DNA of 64,000 nt from Verrucomicrobiales bacterium. Lineage in GTDB: Bacteria; Verrucomicrobiota; Verrucomicrobiia; Verrucomicrobiales; V1-33. The notes under the pieces are model-generated. The model ran no database searches. It had not been told where the DNA came from and was given only the letters and a program-made list of their open reading frames with translations. Location of the stretch: the NCBI GenBank assembly GCA_031411295.1, contig JANOAV010000072.1, positions 1-64,000 on the forward strand, read 5' to 3'. How positions within the stretch are numbered: the first letter of the stretch is position 1; the number at the start of each line of letters is the position of its first letter. Shown piece by piece: positions 61,426 to 64,000 of this stretch. The translations under genes and the position numbers were made by a program.

Positions 61426-64000
61426 CTAATAAAGCTTAACCTTTGCGAGATAAATGGCCGTTTTCCCTTCGTGGCTGGAGTAGTAGCTGACCAGCAGTGT
61501 CCCATCCGGAGCTTCGGCCAGGCCGGGGTAGCTGGTATCGCCCCCGCTGGGGAGGACCAGCAGGGGCGTGGCGTAGCCGTCGGAACTGAGTCGGCCGACG
61601 GTGGTGTTGGCTTTCCCTGACACGAAATCCCGGCCCGCGTATATCATGCGGCCGTCGCTGAGGCGCAGGAAATTCGGGCCTTGGATGATTTCCCCAGTGT
61701 CCGTCCAACTCCATGTTTTATAAGGTGGAGCGGACGTGCCGTAGAAGGTGTGGCCGCCCTTGTGTTCATTGCGCACCAGCGCCTGCATGGTGTGATCCGG
61801 CAGGAAACGCAGCGTCGTTTCATTCGGCCAGCACTGCCTTCCGAGATCAGGATTACCAATGTTCTCGTAGGTTAGGCCATCGGTGGTTTTCCACAGGTGG
61901 AGTTTGAAATTCTGATCCGCCGCAGTGTGAGTGTAACTCATGCCGTAGGCGGAGTTCGCATCAGGAGTCACACGCCAGAGCCAGTCACCATCCTTGCTCA
62001 CAGGCTGCGGAGTGGTCCAGGTGCGACCGTCCGTGGAGAAGGAAACACGGCTGCGCGCTCCGGCTAGCTTCCGTTTCTCCCCCACCCCTTCCTTGCCATC
62101 GTAAATGGATCCGCCGAGCGTGATCATGAGTCGGCCATCGGGCATAAGGCAAATTTTCGGATCGCGCAGATCAATGCCATTTTCTGTCAGGACGGCGGCG
62201 GATTCCCAATGCTCTGCGTCCTTGCTAGTGAGGACGCGAATCGTGCCGTTGGTTCCTGGAACATGGCTGCTGCCTTCGCGAAAGACGCAGAACCATTCGT
62301 CCTTGTAGCGGATAATGTCCGTAAACGCCTGATGCCCGGAAGCGTCCCAGAGCCTCTGCACGCTGAGTAATTTCATTTCCGGCACGATGATTAGGTTCTT
62401 GCTGAAGCCCATTTTCTCCGCCGTCTGCGTGGCCCAAGACCAATCCTCCACCCGCCCTGTGATGGTAATCTGACACGTATCCGCAGCCATCGCCACGGCT
62501 TGCGGAATGTCGAGGTAGCGCAAGATGTTAAAATAGAATGGGCCTTGGCGGTGGCTCGTTGGCAGTTCCACCAGGCTCATTTGCGCCTTGGAGCCATGCA
62601 GGATCACCTCATACAGGCCTTCCACGGCGGCCACACCAGTGAAGGCATGCGGGAGGTTAGGACGAAGCGTTTGCAGTTGATCAAACGGCAGTCCCAGCAA
62701 GGCGCAGCGACGCAGGAAATGACGGTTATCTGTGGAGGGCGAGGTAACGAGACCAGCGCCAGATTGCGACGGATCTGCGTTTCGTGGCGCTGGTCTCCTA
62801 ACGTCGCCCTCCACGGGGAATTCTGGGACGTTAGTAGGATTCCATTTCGTGAACACCTTCTCCCGCAAAGCCGCCAGCCATTGAGTTTTCATGGCTTCCC
62901 ACTGTTCCTTCGTTTCCGGCACGGGTGGGGTCTTGAATGCTGGAACGAAGGACTCATCGATGCGGGTGTTGATTTCGTCCTTCGGTAAATCTTTGAAGAC
63001 GCGCAGTTGGTCGGGCTCGAACAGCGGCACGGCTGGTTCCTTGATGACGGCCATGGGGTCGGTGCCCTTGAGGAAGCGATCGAACCAATGGAAGGCTCCC
63101 ATGTTCAACGGTTGGGTGTCCTGATGCGGACCTTCTGCGAGTTGCAGGCCGAGGTTCTTTTCCTTTCCCAGCAAGGCGTAGAGCCGTCGGGTGCTGTTGT
63201 GAATGCGCATCACTCCGCCCAACGGGAAAATGTCATCCTTGTCGGTATTGGAAATCAGCAGCGGTCTGGGAACGCTGAGCGCGGCAAGTTTATCGAAGTC
63301 CCAGCGATGGAAATTGTTCATGAACATGCAGTCGCAATGGCCTTCGATGCAATTGCCTAGCACGTGATCCCGCAGCGTGGTGATGCCCGCCGTGGGGCAG
63401 CTAACCTTTACCCGGTCATCCAATGCCGTGACATACCACGTGTAAGCCCCGCCGCCGCTGCGGCCCGTGCAGCCGATCTTCTCTATGTCCACTTCGGGTC
63501 GTGTGGTCAGATAATCCAGCGCGCGAATGCCGCTCCAAGCCTCCAATCCCGCTGGCGTGTAGCCGCGCGCCAGCCACCACCAACGGTTCAGACGATACGT
63601 CCCCCAGTGTTCGCCCAGGAACTCGCCCCACTGCACGGTATCGATCACCAGACAGGTATAACCATGCTGCGCGAACCAGATGCCGTGATGTTGATAGTGC
63701 GCTTTGTTGCCATTGCTGCGACCGTCCTTGCCCATCATGCCGCCGTGGCCGCAGAGGTAAAGGATGGTGGGCAACTTCTGGGTGACCTCTGCGGGTCGGT
63801 AGAAATTTGCCGTGACATAGAGCCCGGGCATCGCTTGGAAATGCAGTTTCTCCACTACGATGCCGGGTGCTGCCAGCTGCCCGGTAATCACGGGTTTCAG
63901 GTCGCTGCGGGCTGGTTCAGGGTCGAGGCCCAGCATTTCCTTCAGCTCCTGCCGATACCGCGTGCGCTTCGTTTCCCAGTCCGCTTTGGTCTGGACTTCT
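61426..64000 (-). CDS. Alpha/beta hydrolase (acetylxylan esterase-like) fused to C-terminal sialidase-like (BNR) propeller; 5' end outside the window
   Basis: The frame stays open to the window edge; TGRSGGG nucleophile elbow, GHCDC; C-terminal AFTDI, DLRDP, STDG..W, NET, GDTSYPG, SYYSSHEG. Confidence 0.85.
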   Translation of the reverse strand, partial: EVQTKADWETKRTRYRQELKEMLGLDPEPARSDLKPVITGQLAAPGIVVEKLHFQAMPGLYVTANFYRPAEVTQKLPTILYLCGHGGMMGKDGRSNGNKAHYQHHGIWFAQHGYTCLVIDTVQWGEFLGEHWGTYRLNRWWWLARGYTPAGLEAWSGIRALDYLTTRPEVDIEKIGCTGRSGGGAYTWYVTALDDRVKVSCPTAGITTLRDHVLGNCIEGHCDCMFMNNFHRWDFDKLAALSVPRPLLISNTDKDDIFPLGGVMRIHNSTRRLYALLGKEKNLGLQLAEGPHQDTQPLNMGAFHWFDRFLKGTDPMAVIKEPAVPLFEPDQLRVFKDLPKDEINTRIDESFVPAFKTPPVPETKEQWEAMKTQWLAALREKVFTKWNPTNVPEFPVEGDVRRPAPRNADPSQSGAGLVTSPSTDNRHFLRRCALLGLPFDQLQTLRPNLPHAFTGVAAVEGLYEVILHGSKAQMSLVELPTSHRQGPFYFNILRYLDIPQAVAMAADTCQITITGRVEDWSWATQTAEKMGFSKNLIIVPEMKLLSVQRLWDASGHQAFTDIIRYKDEWFCVFREGSSHVPGTNGTIRVLTSKDAEHWESAAVLTENGIDLRDPKICLMPDGRLMITLGGSIYDGKEGVGEKRKLAGARSRVSFSTDGRTWTTPQPVSKDGDWLWRVTPDANSAYGMSYTHTAADQNFKLHLWKTTDGLTYENIGNPDLGRQCWPNETTLRFLPDHTMQALVRNEHKGGHTFYGTSAPPYKTWSWTDTGEIIQGPNFLRLSDGRMIYAGRDFVSGKANTTVGRLSSDGYATPLLVLPSGGDTSYPGLAEAPDGTLLVSYYSSHEGKTAIYLAKVKLY
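62732..62814. repeat. In-frame 83-bp palindromic (REP-type) insert in the hydrolase gene
   Basis: 30-bp arms gtggagggcgaggtaacgagaccagcgcca / tggcgctggtctcctaacgtcgccctccac (3 mismatches) around a 23-nt loop. Confidence 0.85.

Overview
A GC-rich bacterial chromosome window. The DUF1549/DUF1553 cytochrome protein, giant M56 protein, choice-of-anchor surface proteins and alpha2-type GlyRS suggest the PVC superphylum, probably Verrucomicrobia (inference). Housekeeping genes (trpG/pabA, pheA, obgE, rlmB, tRNA-His, rnc, glyQS, pgl, iscS, ppk2, parB) are mixed with accessory genes. Four things stand out. (1) A tightly coupled three-gene operon at 32764->25338 encodes a Septu/PtuA-like ATPase, a PtuB-like HNH nuclease and a 1704-aa metallophosphoesterase-NACHT-pentapeptide-WD40 NLR-like protein. 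Its eight near-identical 129-bp WD40 repeats vary mainly at a few predicted propeller-surface codons. This is a candidate NLR-guarded defence system with no retron RT in the window. (2) A 2940-aa BlaR1/M56 sensor has an extracellular part made of about six modules separated by in-frame REP/REPIN-like palindromes, with a nested arm pattern suggesting cassette insertion. It lies downstream of blaI, which has a near-consensus sigma70 promoter and twin operators. (3) An atypical Hsp70 is paired with a J-like protein lacking HPD. (4) A 242-bp inverted copy of the flotillin gene 3' end lies about 37 kb away from that gene. Further REP-like palindromes occur between genes and in frame in a second gene. 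All calls come from reading motifs by eye; no database searches were run.
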